DNA from: Podarcis filfolensis | Lineage: Eukaryota | Length of the DNA stretch: 64,000 nt | Reading direction: 5' to 3' (one strand) | NCBI GenBank assembly: GCA_964270895.1 | Contig: OZ185443.1 | In this document: positions 49,539 through 62,018 of the stretch, one piece after another | Layout: the number at the start of each line of letters is the position of its first letter | Position numbering within the stretch: position 1 is the stretch's first letter | The notes under the pieces: generated by a model | Database searches by the model: none | Told to the model about the DNA's origin: nothing | Seen by the model: the letters and a program-made list of their open reading frames with translations, nothing else | Program-made: the position numbers and the translations under genes

Positions 49539-50822
49539 ACACAATAGATTATTGCTCTAGAGCTTAGAAACAGTGTCAAGTTACTGACATATATTTTGGG
49601 AAATGCTGATCTTTCAAAAGAGTTGCATAAGCTTTCTGTTTGATGGTCTTTGATGGTTGAGGTTAACTAGTGTTGTGTGTGTGTATGTGTATGCAACAGC
49701 CTGAAGTGAGAGTGAGCTGCTCAGGTCCTGAGACAGTACAATGATCTGTGAGGGTAATAGGGTCTCATCTTTTGATAATGTCTTGCATAAAATATCCATG
49801 TAGAACAGGCCACTTACCATTTTGGCAGTGGTAGCTGTTGCTGCCCAGCATGGCCACAGGTGAGCTGCCCCCCCAAAAAAAGAACCCCATTTCCCATGTG
49901 GCTGGTGGGTAGCAATATTAGCCTCAGCTAGCTGCTGCAATTACTGGGACTTTTACTTGATTTGAAGTGAAATAGGCCAATCACAGCAAATCTGGAGAGC
50001 GGGACTTACGAGGTGGACCTGGGAGTAGCCTACCCTTGGCTGGCTTCACTCAGGTCCACCTACACTTCATCTAAACCACCTGCACTTTCTTCAAATAGCA
50101 CAGTCAGCAACAGACATCCCACCCAGTAGGTTTTGGCCCTGCCTGAAGGTAAGTGGGCAGCACATGTGCCTGAGCTTGCTGTGGATTTAGTCAGTCACCA
50201 TATTCAGGGCCAGGGAGGAATTCACCTGCAGACAAATTGGGCCAGTTCTGTGATCTGTCTACCTTATAACTTTGCCAACTGTCACAACTTACTAGCGGAA
50301 AAGGGCATTGTGCTGGATCCTTTGTCTAAACAGAAGGAGTGGGAAGAAACCTATCCCCTTCCTCAATCAATGTATCAGGCTACCCCAGTAAAGGGGTCCA
50401 GGGGAAAGTTTTCCATCTGAATGCCCAGATGGGGGCTAACAGGCCATAGAATTCTCCAAGTGGTATCTTGGAGGGATTGTCCATACAGTGATCTTTGATC
50501 CACAATTGACCCTGAAGAGATAATCAGTCAGCATTTGGACTGGTTGATTTATGAAACATATCCAGTGCCTATTCCAAAGCCTACCAACATCAGTAATCAA
50601 TGAAGTTGGGGCCAATTTGAACCTAAGATGTTGTCATGTCATTATTGCTGCTTCCCAGCCCCAGAGACCTCAAGCTCATTGTGCCTGGAAGGGGAATTTG
50701 CATAATAGGACATGCACTGAGCCTTTCTGTCTGAAGTGCATTTTTAGTTTTGTTCTATTTTCAGGATTTTTATTCCATTTTATTAACATGAAAGGATGTT
50801 AAAAAATGACACATGTTTCCAA

Positions 50823-51592
50823 TCTCAGGATTCTATTGTCTCCTGACCCCTGGCATACCCAGGCATAAGTTCCACTGGTACACACAGTCCTAAGAGTAAC
50901 ACTAGAGAGTCAGACAATCCAAAAGGTTGAATACCAGACCAAGTCCAATACAATGAGCCAAGTTTGAAGTCAAGCCATAAAGCCAGGTTCTCACCACCAC
51001 AGAAGACCCAAAATCAGAAAACCTGGGGTAAGTCCCGAAGTAGCAGTGCAATAGCATTCATGAAGCAGACAATATACGGTCTGTCAACAGAGAAAGTTGA
51101 TCACACCCTGAGTCTCTGCCTTGCTTCCCTTGTATCTTTCCCAGTCTTGATTGCTGCAGCTGAGTTTGCTCCAGCTGAGCAGCTGTGCCTCTCCATTTGA
51201 CGAAACCTGTGCTCCTCATCTGCCCTGAGATTAATCCAGCTGAGTTACCACAAACCTCCTTCCAAACCTAACAAGCCACATCATCACCACCTGGTCCACT
51301 AGTTAGCTGGGGTGTGTTTCCTTGCCTGCCTCAGTCTCTTGCACTTCGCACTGTTCCTGATTCCTCAGAGCCTGCCATGTCTGCAGAGATGGGGACACCT
51401 CTGGTTCTGGTGATTTGTCCCCCTTCCCTGGCTCCCTTGAACTGCTGGCTGCCCCTGTAACATCCTCTGACGTCCTGTAAGTCCCCAGCCTCCCCTTCTC
51501 CTGCTTCAGCTTGTACCAGTTTGTACCAATCATGGCTACACCCCTCAGCAGGATCCCCTTCCCTTCCTCAAGTGTTCTGCCAGTTTATGACA
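50823..51592 (-). mobile_element. Solo-LTR-like element (family C, possibly Gypsy)
   Basis: Minus-strand start TGTCATAAACTGG, purine-rich U3-like body, end near ...AATCCTGAGA; resembles recalled lacertid LTRs; no clean TSD. Confidence 0.5.
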
Positions 51593-51769
51593 CATTGCCT
51601 CATTCTGCTTATATGTACAGGCCCAGACTTCCTTACGTGAAATGATTAATGCATATTAGAGGAAGAGAACTTTATATATTATTGCTAATTAAGGAATATT
51701 GCTGTTCTAACTACATGTGACTGAAATGTTCATCAGTAGTGAAAACCAGAGTTTGACCTATCATCAATT

Positions 51770-51845
51770 TCATTTATTTATTTATTATTAAATGTGTTTA
51801 CCACCCTTCAACTGTAGGTCTCAGGGAAGCTCACAGCATAAAAAC
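51770..51845 (-). mobile_element. L2-type LINE 3' tail
   Basis: TTTATTTATTTATTATTAAATGTGTTTACCACCCTTCAACTGTAGGTCTCAGGG. Confidence 0.55.
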
Positions 51846-51902
51846 TATCTTTCCTAGACTGGATTTCAAAAAAATAAATTTAAAAAAATCATTATGATTT
51901 GG

Positions 51903-52030
51903 GTCAAAGGTTGACAACATGATGTGATTGAACTCCTTCTCCTCTCATCCTTGACCACAGTCCATGCAGGCAGAGGCTGATGGGAGTTGGAGTCCAACAG
52001 CACATGTGGGCACTATGTCAGCAAACCCTG
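51903..52030. mobile_element. Degraded hAT-type MITE, same family as 47083
   Basis: GATGGGAGTTGGAGTCCAACA...GCAAACCCTG. Confidence 0.5.
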
Positions 52031-55000
52031 CTTTAATTAATAGCTTTTGCAAACCTGTGTAAAAAATCTAACTCCATTGATGTGCCATTACTGATGATGC
52101 ATCACATTGCTGGGAAGAATGAAGCTTTCTCATAAGATTTCCAAGGTTTTCCCAAGCTAGCTCTCATCAGAACAAGCTTCATCCCATCTATTCTCAATCA
52201 CTTGTGAACAACTGGGGGTTCTCAGACAAATCCTTAGGCTGCAAAATGAAATCTACCAAGAATCATATGCTGAGAGACTGGGAAGCTTGGAAGAAATATT
52301 GATTCAGGATGGATTAGTTCTTTGATGAAGTTGCCAGGGGAAATGACGAACTGTTGGGGCTAGCACTTCTCATTTATTCTCAGTGGAAGACAGAGCTACT
52401 GAGAAATGCTAGCAAACACTTTTCCGGGTCTTGCAGCTGTTCAGTTAAATCTAGTTCACCCTTGAGACTTTGCTGATCATCTAGGTGTGATTCATCTAAC
52501 TACCACTACTTTAGAAATGTACTCTATTGAACCATGGATGGCTAGTGCAGTCATATGCACTATGGAAATATGTCTAATAATTTCCCCCAAAGAAATATGC
52601 AATGGAGATCAGATATGGAAAACAGCTTAAGGCTCATATTACAAACCTATCAAACATTTGGAATAATTGTATACTAGTGCCTAATCACAATCGTATTGCA
52701 GGTGCTGTGTTTGAGCTAGTTTGATGATGTTTAGAGGTGGTAACAAATTGGGGAGAAATTCAGGAAGCACTGATGGTTTCTTGAAAAAAGAATTATTGCT
52801 CACCCTTTTGCTCTATTCATTGAAATTTTCTTTTAGTTGATTAGAAGTTTTAATGTTGATTAATCAAAGAATCATACTTCCCTTTTTATTATACTTCCAT
52901 TTTTATTAGTCATGTCACTCTGTAAACTATGTTTGAAGCTTGGACAGTATAAAAATTGTGAGTTTTTGCAGATAATATGGTGTCTGTAGGTTTTAGGCAT
53001 CATTCGGTTATATCTATGCAATTGTAAATTGTATCTAATGTCAGGGCATTGATTTAATTTTTTTAAAAAATAAACTTTAAAACACAGCTTTTCATTAAGT
53101 TAAATAATATCACATCATTACTTTTATGAAATGATTGACCCAGAAGTGCTAAAAACAGGATAAGGAAGACCTAGGGCTTTAACAGGAAAAAACATTGTGT
53201 TTAAATTTTGATGCTGAGTTATCTGCATTTAACAAATAAGAGGAGACTTATTCTGACATTAAAACTTCAGTCTTCAAAAATTCTAAAATATTTTCTACTC
53301 CTCAGAGGAGAAAAATCTTACAAATTAATCATTTAATTTGTACTAATTACACAATTACTGTATCTAAATATACCTGCATGCAAAACTTCTCTAGATTACA
53401 CTTCCGAGTACTAAAAACTACTTCTAATTACATCCATAAACTACATCCTGTGTGTCTTACTGTTGCATTTGAGATGCTAATTAACTGTACACCTGGCCTG
53501 GCACAGCTTTTCACCATTCCCAAAGAGAAATACAGATGTTAAAAACTATAGAGTGCTCCTACTGAAAACAGTAACTTGTGACTCATCTCCCCACATCCTT
53601 GATGAGGTCTAGGGTTGCTCTGTAAGTAAGCAAGGGTTGCTCTGTAAGTGCTACCTATAAATTCCATCCTATGGAATAGACATGGGTTGGGAAAATCCTA
53701 CTGTGATTATGTGCTGAGCATCCCCAAATAGTACAGGGAAGAAAGGAGAAAAGGACATGGTACTGATGTTTTCAGTGGCAGCTTCATGTTATTTGTAGCT
53801 CCACCATTTGCCCGAAGAATGGTTATGTGGCTGTGTTAATGTCCTATAAAATGCCTCTATGCCAATTCAGTGTTTGTTTGCAGCTCTGGGAGTTTTGCTG
53901 AAAAAGCAGGTGGAGCTCTTCTTCCTACAAGGGAATGTTTGATTTAGAGATGCTGTCCAAAACAATAGCTTGGTGTTGAATTCTTCACCTTACTGGGCAA
54001 ATGGGATTCAAATACAATGATAGCAAACAGACTTCAAAGAGGCTCTCTCTCCAAACCCATCAACAGGCACTGAGAGGAGATGCTTAAGAAGAAGTATAGT
54101 GCACTAGGGGGTGGGGTATCTCCACATATGATGTTTGGTGTTGGGCGGGCAGGTGTGATTTGAAGTAAATGGTATTGAGGTCACAATTAGTGGCTGGAGA
54201 TGCCTAACAGCCACTGTAATTTTTGACAGAAATACCTATGTTGTTTTTCATGACAGTTGCATGCCAAGCATCACATCTGCTCTGCCTTCAGTAGAAAAAA
54301 TATCTCCTGTGCATTGAAGAGCATGAGGAGGGGTACTTAAGTATGTGTGGAGTCCCACCCTTGAATTATTAGGCACCATCCAAACTTACTTGTGTCCCAT
54401 ACCCATAACAAGGAAGCACACTGTCTGACAGCTGCTATATTCCTTCCCTCTCCTAATAGATGACTTGACAATTGACTGTATCTCTGTGTTTCATGTCAGA
54501 TATAATAGACAATAGGAGTTATTTTCCAAACTGCTGTAAAATACTCTAACAAACAAGTGGACAGTGGGTATTCTATTGACTGAGGCCCCTTTGTCCTCTA
54601 GATTTCAGATAATAAGCATGTGACCAGCACTTGGGTGAGATAATAGTGATATTTTCCCATGCCTGAATTTCAGAAATCTTTACTTGCTTCAACCCTCCTA
54701 TTATGTCAGCATGTATCCATGCAGAAAAACTATATTTTTTTAAGAAAAGGACAATTCCATGCTAAGTCATGTATAAAAAGGGGAAGGAATGGAACAATTA
54801 CAATTTTTTAACCCACAGGTTTAGCTATTAGAAATAATCTACAGTCCAATATTTCAACACTTGAAGAAGAGTAATTTCTACTCATATTTCAGGCAGGCTA
54901 ATGCACGTATTTTGCTTCATCCAAGTGACATTTTGCTGTCTTCGCTCCCACTGATACTCACTTCATATTCCAATTACACTTAGTATGGAGGAGTGTGCTG

Positions 55001-55502
55001 AGGCTGTTATATATTCATGGGGTCATTTTTTTGTTGCCATTCCCAAACCTAGGGTTATGGGCAAATTGATTTGAACTGGTCTTTCCTTCTGCCAAGTCAC
55101 TGTTGAACCATTTCAAGCTATTTGTCAAATTGCTATGCAAGTAAAAAAAGAGTATAAAACCAGTTTCTATTCCCTGCCTTCTTATTTTCCTTCTGTCCTT
55201 TTCAGGTTATCAGTCACTGTAGTAAAATAAAATCATTTGAATTTAGCAGCCTATCGCAACTGGATGAATTTTTGGGAAATATTATCACAGGAGAATACAG
55301 TTGGAAGGGATGGGGGGTCAAAGCTACTAGACCAGCTGGTTACTTACGAGTAGCTTGATTGGCAATTAGAGTCAGTGAGCTATGGCTGGGGAAAGGTGAG
55401 GCTGGTGAAAAACTGCAAGCTTCCAGTTTTCTTCCAGTGGCTTATAAATCTTGGAGTGTGCCCCAAAATAATGAGGCAAGATGGAGTAGCTTGAAGTAAT
55501 GA

Positions 55503-55758
55503 AGGGTTGCATATTTCAAAAAGTGAAATTCCTGACAAATTGTGATTTCAGAAACCCAACAAAACTGTTGAGGTTTTTTTTAGGGATAACTCCCCTCAAA
55601 ATAGGGATTTTAAGCTTTTGGAGCTGTTTCCACTGCTTTTTACATCGCATTGCCATACATCCCTGACATTTTGCTGATTTGGCAAAATTCTTCCCAGCGC
55701 CATTTTTACACCCCAAAACCAGGACATGTCAGGAGTTTTCCTGATGTATGGCAAGCCT
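55503..55758. mobile_element. hAT-like MITE
   Basis: Termini AGGGTTGCATAT / GTATGGCAAGCCT resemble the TAGGGTTGCCA-type TIR; internal CCTGACA repeats; TSD not clear. Confidence 0.55.
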
Positions 55759-56464
55759 GTAACAGGGCAGATGGAAAGATAAGCTCGAGACTGCTGGGAA
55801 GGGATAAGGGAATCTACATTCTGTTCCCTTCCATCATGTGGAATCTGCCTATTTCTGTCAAACAAGACTGTGTTCTTTGTCAGGAGCCATTAGATCCTGC
55901 ACTGAGGAAGAAAGTGTAGCAAGTGTCATTTTAGTGAAGGGCGGGGGAAGGGGGGGTCATCACAGAGAAAACAGGCTATGACTTTGCCCATTAATTTAAA
56001 TTTGACTTATGAGTAATGTGGAAACATGAGGAGAGTATGAAAGGTCAACCAAACTTACTTGCTTTTATCTGCCCTTTCTCCAAAGAGCTCTGGTTAACTT
56101 ATGCAGATTGCCATCCGCTGTTTTATTTTTGCAAAATTTTATTCACCAGCATCTACTTTTTACTGCTTGTTTGTCATCTTCTGTCTTATTACTTATTTTG
56201 TTACTTATCTGTCTGAAAACCTAGATTTAAAAATAATAATTTTGTAGAGCTCCAAGAGAGTAGCAAAAGGATACAATATAATTGATATAAGCCTGATTTA
56301 TTCCTCATAGCTATGCCCCCAACATAATGCCTACTGCCCTAATGGATGATAATTACTTTCCTTTATTTCTTTGCGTATTTATAGGTGCATACCGCTCTCC
56401 ATTCTGAAAAATCCCAGAGTGGCATGCAAAATAATCTATATTGCAACCTCACTTTGTGCCAAAA

Positions 56465-56468
56465 ACTC

Positions 56469-56515
<47 letters not shown>

Positions 56516-56525
56516 ATGTGTGTGT
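56465..56525. repeat. (CT)n(GT)n compound microsatellite
   Basis: Seen directly. Confidence 0.9.
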
Positions 56526-56555
56526 ATCTAAAACTTTGAAGAAGGCAGCCCTCAG

Positions 56556-56745
56556 ATTTATTTATTTATTCTTTATATTTCTATACTGCCCTTCATCCAA
56601 GAATCACAGGGTAGTTTACAATATAAAACATAGAAATACAAAGTAACAAACAAAACAATACTGCCACACACAATCTAAAAGACCATAGATTGTTCAATTA
56701 ACCACAGGCTCGGGAGAAGAGGAATGTATTTTTGTGGCGCTTTAC
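56556..56745 (-). mobile_element. L2-type LINE 3' end
   Basis: (ATTT)n then CTATACTGCCCTTCATCCAAGAATCACAGGG...GGGAGAAGAGGAATGTATTTTTG, matching the antisense of a recalled lacertid L2 3' end. Confidence 0.7.
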
Positions 56746-57759
56746 ATACATTACACATGTTGCATGAATGTTGATATGCATTTCTTTAAAACATGCACAA
56801 ACTACAATGCAGTGAAATGAGATGTAACATGCTGAGAAATTAACTGTGAAAGTGACAGACAAGAAATATACATAATACATTCTAGTATTATGAGACTCTA
56901 ATTTTCACACAAACACACACATGCATATGCACTAGGTGGTACATGACTAGACTAGGTAGCATTTTCTTAGCTTTTTGTTCGTGAGTAGAAAAAAAAATCT
57001 TACTATTCATCTTACTATACTACAGACAAAAGTACAACTCCCTCTTATTCATTTGCTTTTTCAGTTATGTTTTGAAATTACATATTTTACTTGATCACAA
57101 TATATCTCCTTCATTTCCTTTGTGTTGCTGCTCTTTTTATTTCCTGGATGCTTGTATGTACTGACAGTTGTCACTTGCCTCATTGACACTTCCATCTATT
57201 CTCCCCCCCCCCCGCCCCATCTCCCTCAAGCTCTCCTGCAAATGGTAAACTTTGGCTCATGTATAATGTGCTACAATATTTGTTATGATTTATGCACTTT
57301 TAATGTTCTGACAATTTAATAAGTATATGCCACTTCTCTCCTGCAATACCACCAAACAATAACTACACTTGAAGGTTTGAATTTTCAGCATGTTATTAAA
57401 GGGAAAGGTATGCCTCTAGGCAGTTTGTAATAATTTTGCTGTCAAAAGACTGAAATCATAAGGGACAAAATTGATCTGACACCGTTTCTGCTCATGTGAA
57501 ACACGAAAGGTATTAACTTTATTTGTAAGGTAGACATAATTTAAGATTAAACATTACAACCTATTATGATTCTCCCCCACCAATAAAAATTGTGTTGTGG
57601 AAATAGAAATATGAGTGGTACTGAATAAAAGACTCAGATATGAACTTGGGGATGGGATGGGATGTGGCACAATCCTGCTGCTTTTCAGGGACAGTGAAGC
57701 AAGGCTACTTTTATCAAACCATGCTTTTTCTTTTTGTCTGAAGTTTTGGTCTTTCTGTT

Positions 57760-58400
57760 TGAATTTACAATTAAGGCCAAAGATGTTGAAGGGCATCGGT
57801 GCCCCTGAGTCGTTTCCGTAGTGCACTACATTCAGCATTTTGCCTATAGGGTCTGTAATATGTCTATTTATATATAAAAAAATCTTGCTTCATCAATGTA
57901 GATCATGCTTGGTAACATATTTGCTAATCTTTCTGCCGATATGCAACACAGTTTTCCCCTCATCTTGTCCTATTAAAGAGATAAGCCTATTTGATTCTGG
58001 ATTCTCTGGGTCTGTACCTGGTTCCACTATCACACCAAATCATTTACATGATTTATGCCCTGTCCTGCCAATCAATACACTATTAAACACTATTTGCATG
58101 TGGGACAATAAGGTTTCTGATGAATTTTTATAAAAGTTATCATGGTAGACAATCTATGCCTAGTGCTTTGTGTGGTTTGAGTTTCTTAATTACTTTAGTT
58201 AAATCCTCCAGTGCTACTGGTGTTGCTAAATATTGTTTTCGTTCATCTGTGATTTTTTTAGGCATATTTATTTCTTTATATTGTTGAACTGAGTGTAGAT
58301 TCAAGTTCTCTTTTGTATGTAACATATTACAAAATAATTTAAATCCATTTCTCATTAGAGTCAAATAATTTTTGCATTGATTTTGTCTAATATATCCCTC
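57760..58400 (-). mobile_element. Degenerate L1/Tx1-clade ORF2 relic (linker plus RT N-terminal motifs)
   Basis: Reads KITDERKQYLATPVALEDLTKVIKKLKPHKALGIDCLP, then YKNSSETLLSHMQIVFNSVL, EPGTDPENPESNRLISL, AERLANMLPSMIYIDEARF, ITDPIGKMLNVVHY. This is the order of L1 motifs KAPGxDG, PKPGKDP..YRPISL, NRL..L..I..DQ.GF. Confidence 0.85.
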
Positions 58401-58599
58401 CTTTGAAGAAAGGAGAGAATATAAACTCCAAGTGGGTCTTTCTCTAACTCCTGGTAGGAATTGCAGTGTGGTTTCTAGCATGCTTGCTTGATATCCTTTA
58501 GCTTTTAGAGGCTTATAATAGCTGATAGGGAAGATGTAGGGTCAAAACTAGCAGATCATTCCACCATCTTTGGCAGTGATGTTACCTTCCGTCCAATAA

Positions 58600-58716
58600 A
58601 ATGTTCTTAAGGGACAGAGGCAGTATTTCTCTGAATTCCAGTTGTTGGGAATTGCAACAGCACTATTGTTCTCATGTCCTGCTTATAGGCTTGCTGTACA
58701 CATCTAGGAGGCTACT
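58600..58716 (+). mobile_element. Degraded CR1-type LINE 3' region
   Basis: GAGGCAGTATTTCTCTGAATTCCAGTTG...GTCCTGCTT; recalled as the sense strand of the family at 26935. Confidence 0.4.
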
Positions 58717-61700
58717 GCAATAACTCTCCTTATGTTCTTACATCCTTGAAATAATTTCAATACAACCATTTACTACCACACCCTGTTCAGTGGGACCCCC
58801 CCCCTTTTTAAAAAGGAAACATTTAGATCAGCTCCTCACTTCCATCTGAAATATACCTTAGTGCCTGCAAATACAAGGAAAATATTACTGCCACATTTGC
58901 AGGGCTTCTTTGTAGATGCTTAAAAGTAAGCAAGTAAACAAAGAAATACATAAATGCATGAAAAGATTTGCTCTCTTTCTTATGGACTTCTCATTAGGAT
59001 AAATTATAACTGCAAATTAAGCTGCCTGACAGCCTCTTACTTCAGACCTACTGAACACTTTTATCCCACAGAACTGCATTCATTTAACATTCTGAAAATT
59101 CCAAGGAAAAAAAGACCCAAGGATTCATTCCATCAGGCATTACTCATCTAGGTATACACCACATATTGATGTTTCCTACATTTGAGCAACCCTAAAAATA
59201 CAAATTATATACATAATAAAAAAATGCTTGATGTTCTATAGGCACAAACCAACACATGCTTCATTTCCCCTGAAATTAATCGGATTTTAAAGTACCTGTC
59301 CTTAAAACTCTGTATTGGAAAGCTTTGTATATGTTTGGCATCATTTGAGTATTATGGATATTTCTGAGTAAATGTTTAAAAGTAGTGTTAATTGTTGAAG
59401 CAATAAGTATAATTTCAACATTATGGCATCTTCTAAAAATATTCTCATTCTGAAAACAAAGACAGAATGCTTCTAGGCCCTTGGCTGTTTTTCAGTTTAT
59501 TGTCAACTAGTCAGATTTGCAACCAGTGAGTAGACTAATTTTATTATGCATTAATTTTGGTTTTCATTAGTGTAGTGTGCATTAATTTAACATGCTGGGG
59601 GGGGGGAGGTTTCCATCAGTGGCATATCGTTCCCCATATTTAAAGGATTAATGTCACGATCTCTGACTCCACCAGCAAACCAGACACATAGTTCGAGGCT
59701 GTGGAGGCACCAAGTTGAGGTCAGTGGTCTGATATTCCACTGCCACAAGTGTTTTCTGCTTCTCAGTGGGAGACACGGATCCTGAAGCTCTGGCAGCACC
59801 CATTGTCTGAGAGAAGCCATTGATGCTGCTGCTTCTCCTGCCACTGCTTCTTCTCTGACCCTGCTGCTTGGGAGCTGTCACTGCTGAGCAATGCCACCTG
59901 GAATGGGATGGAGGAGACTCAAAAGCTGGCGGTGGCTTAGGGGCTGCCTGCAGACCCTGGCCTGAAAATGTCAGATTGTGATTTCAACATATTGAAATCA
60001 TCACATTGATGCCTAAATTGCCTTTCTTCAAAAAGCTGTGCAATGCTAGTGTCAAAGACTAGATAGTCACTCTTCGTGGTGACAGTTGCAGGCCCTTTAT
60101 GAATTGATCAAGGAGTTGCTTCCCAAGTCAATTTGTGCCATGCCTCCATCCTGCACCCCAACCTCCATCAGCAGGAGAGGAGCCGTAGCCAGACCAACTG
60201 CAGATCAAGTAAAACTTTTGCTACCATCTTCCTGCTTTGCACCGCTGCTGCTGCTCCACCCCTGAAGGGAGCAAAGAGATGCCAGAGCATCCCTTGATGG
60301 TCCCTTGATGCAGGACCCACCCACAGCTGGCCTAACTTTGGGGTAGTGTGGGGAGGGTAAAGGGATAATAGTTGTTTATCTGCTAATTAGTGAGTGAGAG
60401 TATTCTTTGTTTCTTATTTGAGTATAGGTAATGCTATCTGTTTCTATAAATGTTTGGGGTTTTTTTGTTTTGTTTTTGCCAATTGTTGAAACCCCTTGAG
60501 AACTTTTATTGAAGGACAGTCTACAATAATGATAACTTTATCGGGCTTCCAAATCTGTCAGTGTCAGTATTTCATTATTATTTTTTTTACATTTTAGCCA
60601 TTGGTGAGAAAAACAGCCTCACTCACTTCTTTCCTAGCATGCGAAATACTCCCCCACTCCAGCTGAGCCGTAATGCACGTAATATAACCATGGGATATAC
60701 AACTGTGACTGAACAGGAGTTTAGGAGAAGTCATTGATCATAGCCTGATAGTATTTCAAGGAACAAATCTGTTCAGGAGTTATAAAGTTGCTTAAATTCA
60801 TTTTTTAATTTTTTTGGGGGTTGAATTGTATAAGCCCTATTTTTGCTTCAAGCTAATATGCTATTTTAGGCAAAATACAAAGAGTGCAACTCTTTTAAGA
60901 CATACTGAGCCCAACAAGTGGAAAGAACAGTACCATTAGAACTGCAAACCTGCAAACTGGCATTGCTGAAGGCCAGGTGATGAGAGAAAAAACACACTCA
61001 GATCTGCAAGGAATAAAGAAAGGGGAAAATGAGGAAAGCAGTTGTGAAGAAGGACTCAAATGAGATCCATACTTGGGCACTGGGAAACTTGGGGTAGGTG
61101 CCTTAATATTTACCTGCCACCTAGCAATGTGTGCATGATCATATGCATGGGTGGGTGATTTTCACTAGGAAACTGTGAGGTAACTGCGACCTATATAGAG
61201 CCTCTCCCACAGTGTCTATTCATTTAAAAATACAGGATAATATTCGATAATCATGGATCTCCTACTATCATCTCTGGTTTTGCCACCAGTGTGACTGATT
61301 TTTAGGTGTTCTTCAGGACATGGAGGTGTATCTAGAAAACTTAATAATGAAACCTTTATAGCTTTGCTTCCATCAGAGAAAGGGATTGTATATTGTGGTG
61401 CCACCTCTTGCCATCATTTTGAATATTGAAGAGAGAAGATATGAAATTGTGGCTTGAGGCAAGGAGAAGTTTTGTTAGATAATTTAGTAACTGGCATCTA
61501 AGAGTTTCTATATTTCCATCATGTTGCTGTTTTTCAGAACCTTTGTGTTAGAGACACTGAATGACCACATTTTATTAAACGGGTATCATTAAAAAAAGGG
61601 TATCATTGAATTTTCTAATACTCTAAATCCATCCAAGTTTGGAAATTCGACCCTCTCCTGGCAGAGAAAATGAGAGAGGAATAATTTGGAGATAGTTTGG

Positions 61701-61864
61701 CAGTTTGGGGACTGAGAGAGATGAAGAACAGCGTTTTGGCTGAGGCTGGAGTGCCTTTGGGTATAGTGGGCTCTCTTTGGGAATCTGATACAGGAATAGT
61801 CAATCTGCTGCCTGCTGCTAAGAGTCTTATTTGATACCAATATGTTCGGCTTTATGTTTGCAAC

Positions 61865-62018
61865 CTTTAAAGCACATTCAAAGCACATTTCCCCCCTCAG
61901 TGAATTCTGAGCACTGTTGTTTCTCCACTCACAGAATCATGGTTCCCAGCAATCCTTATCAAACTCCAGTGCCCACCCAAATTATTTGAGGGGGAAATGT
62001 ACTTTAAACATGCTTTGA
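61865..62018. mobile_element. Short palindromic MITE
   Basis: AAAGCACATTCAAAGCACATTTCCCCC ... GGGGAAATGTACTTTAAACATGCTTT terminal inverted repeats. Confidence 0.6.

Noticed and set aside
51044-51066. miR-301/130-like CAGTGCAATAGCATTCATGAAGC
   Set aside because: Lies within an LTR-like repeat, has several mismatches, and has no complementary 5p arm upstream.
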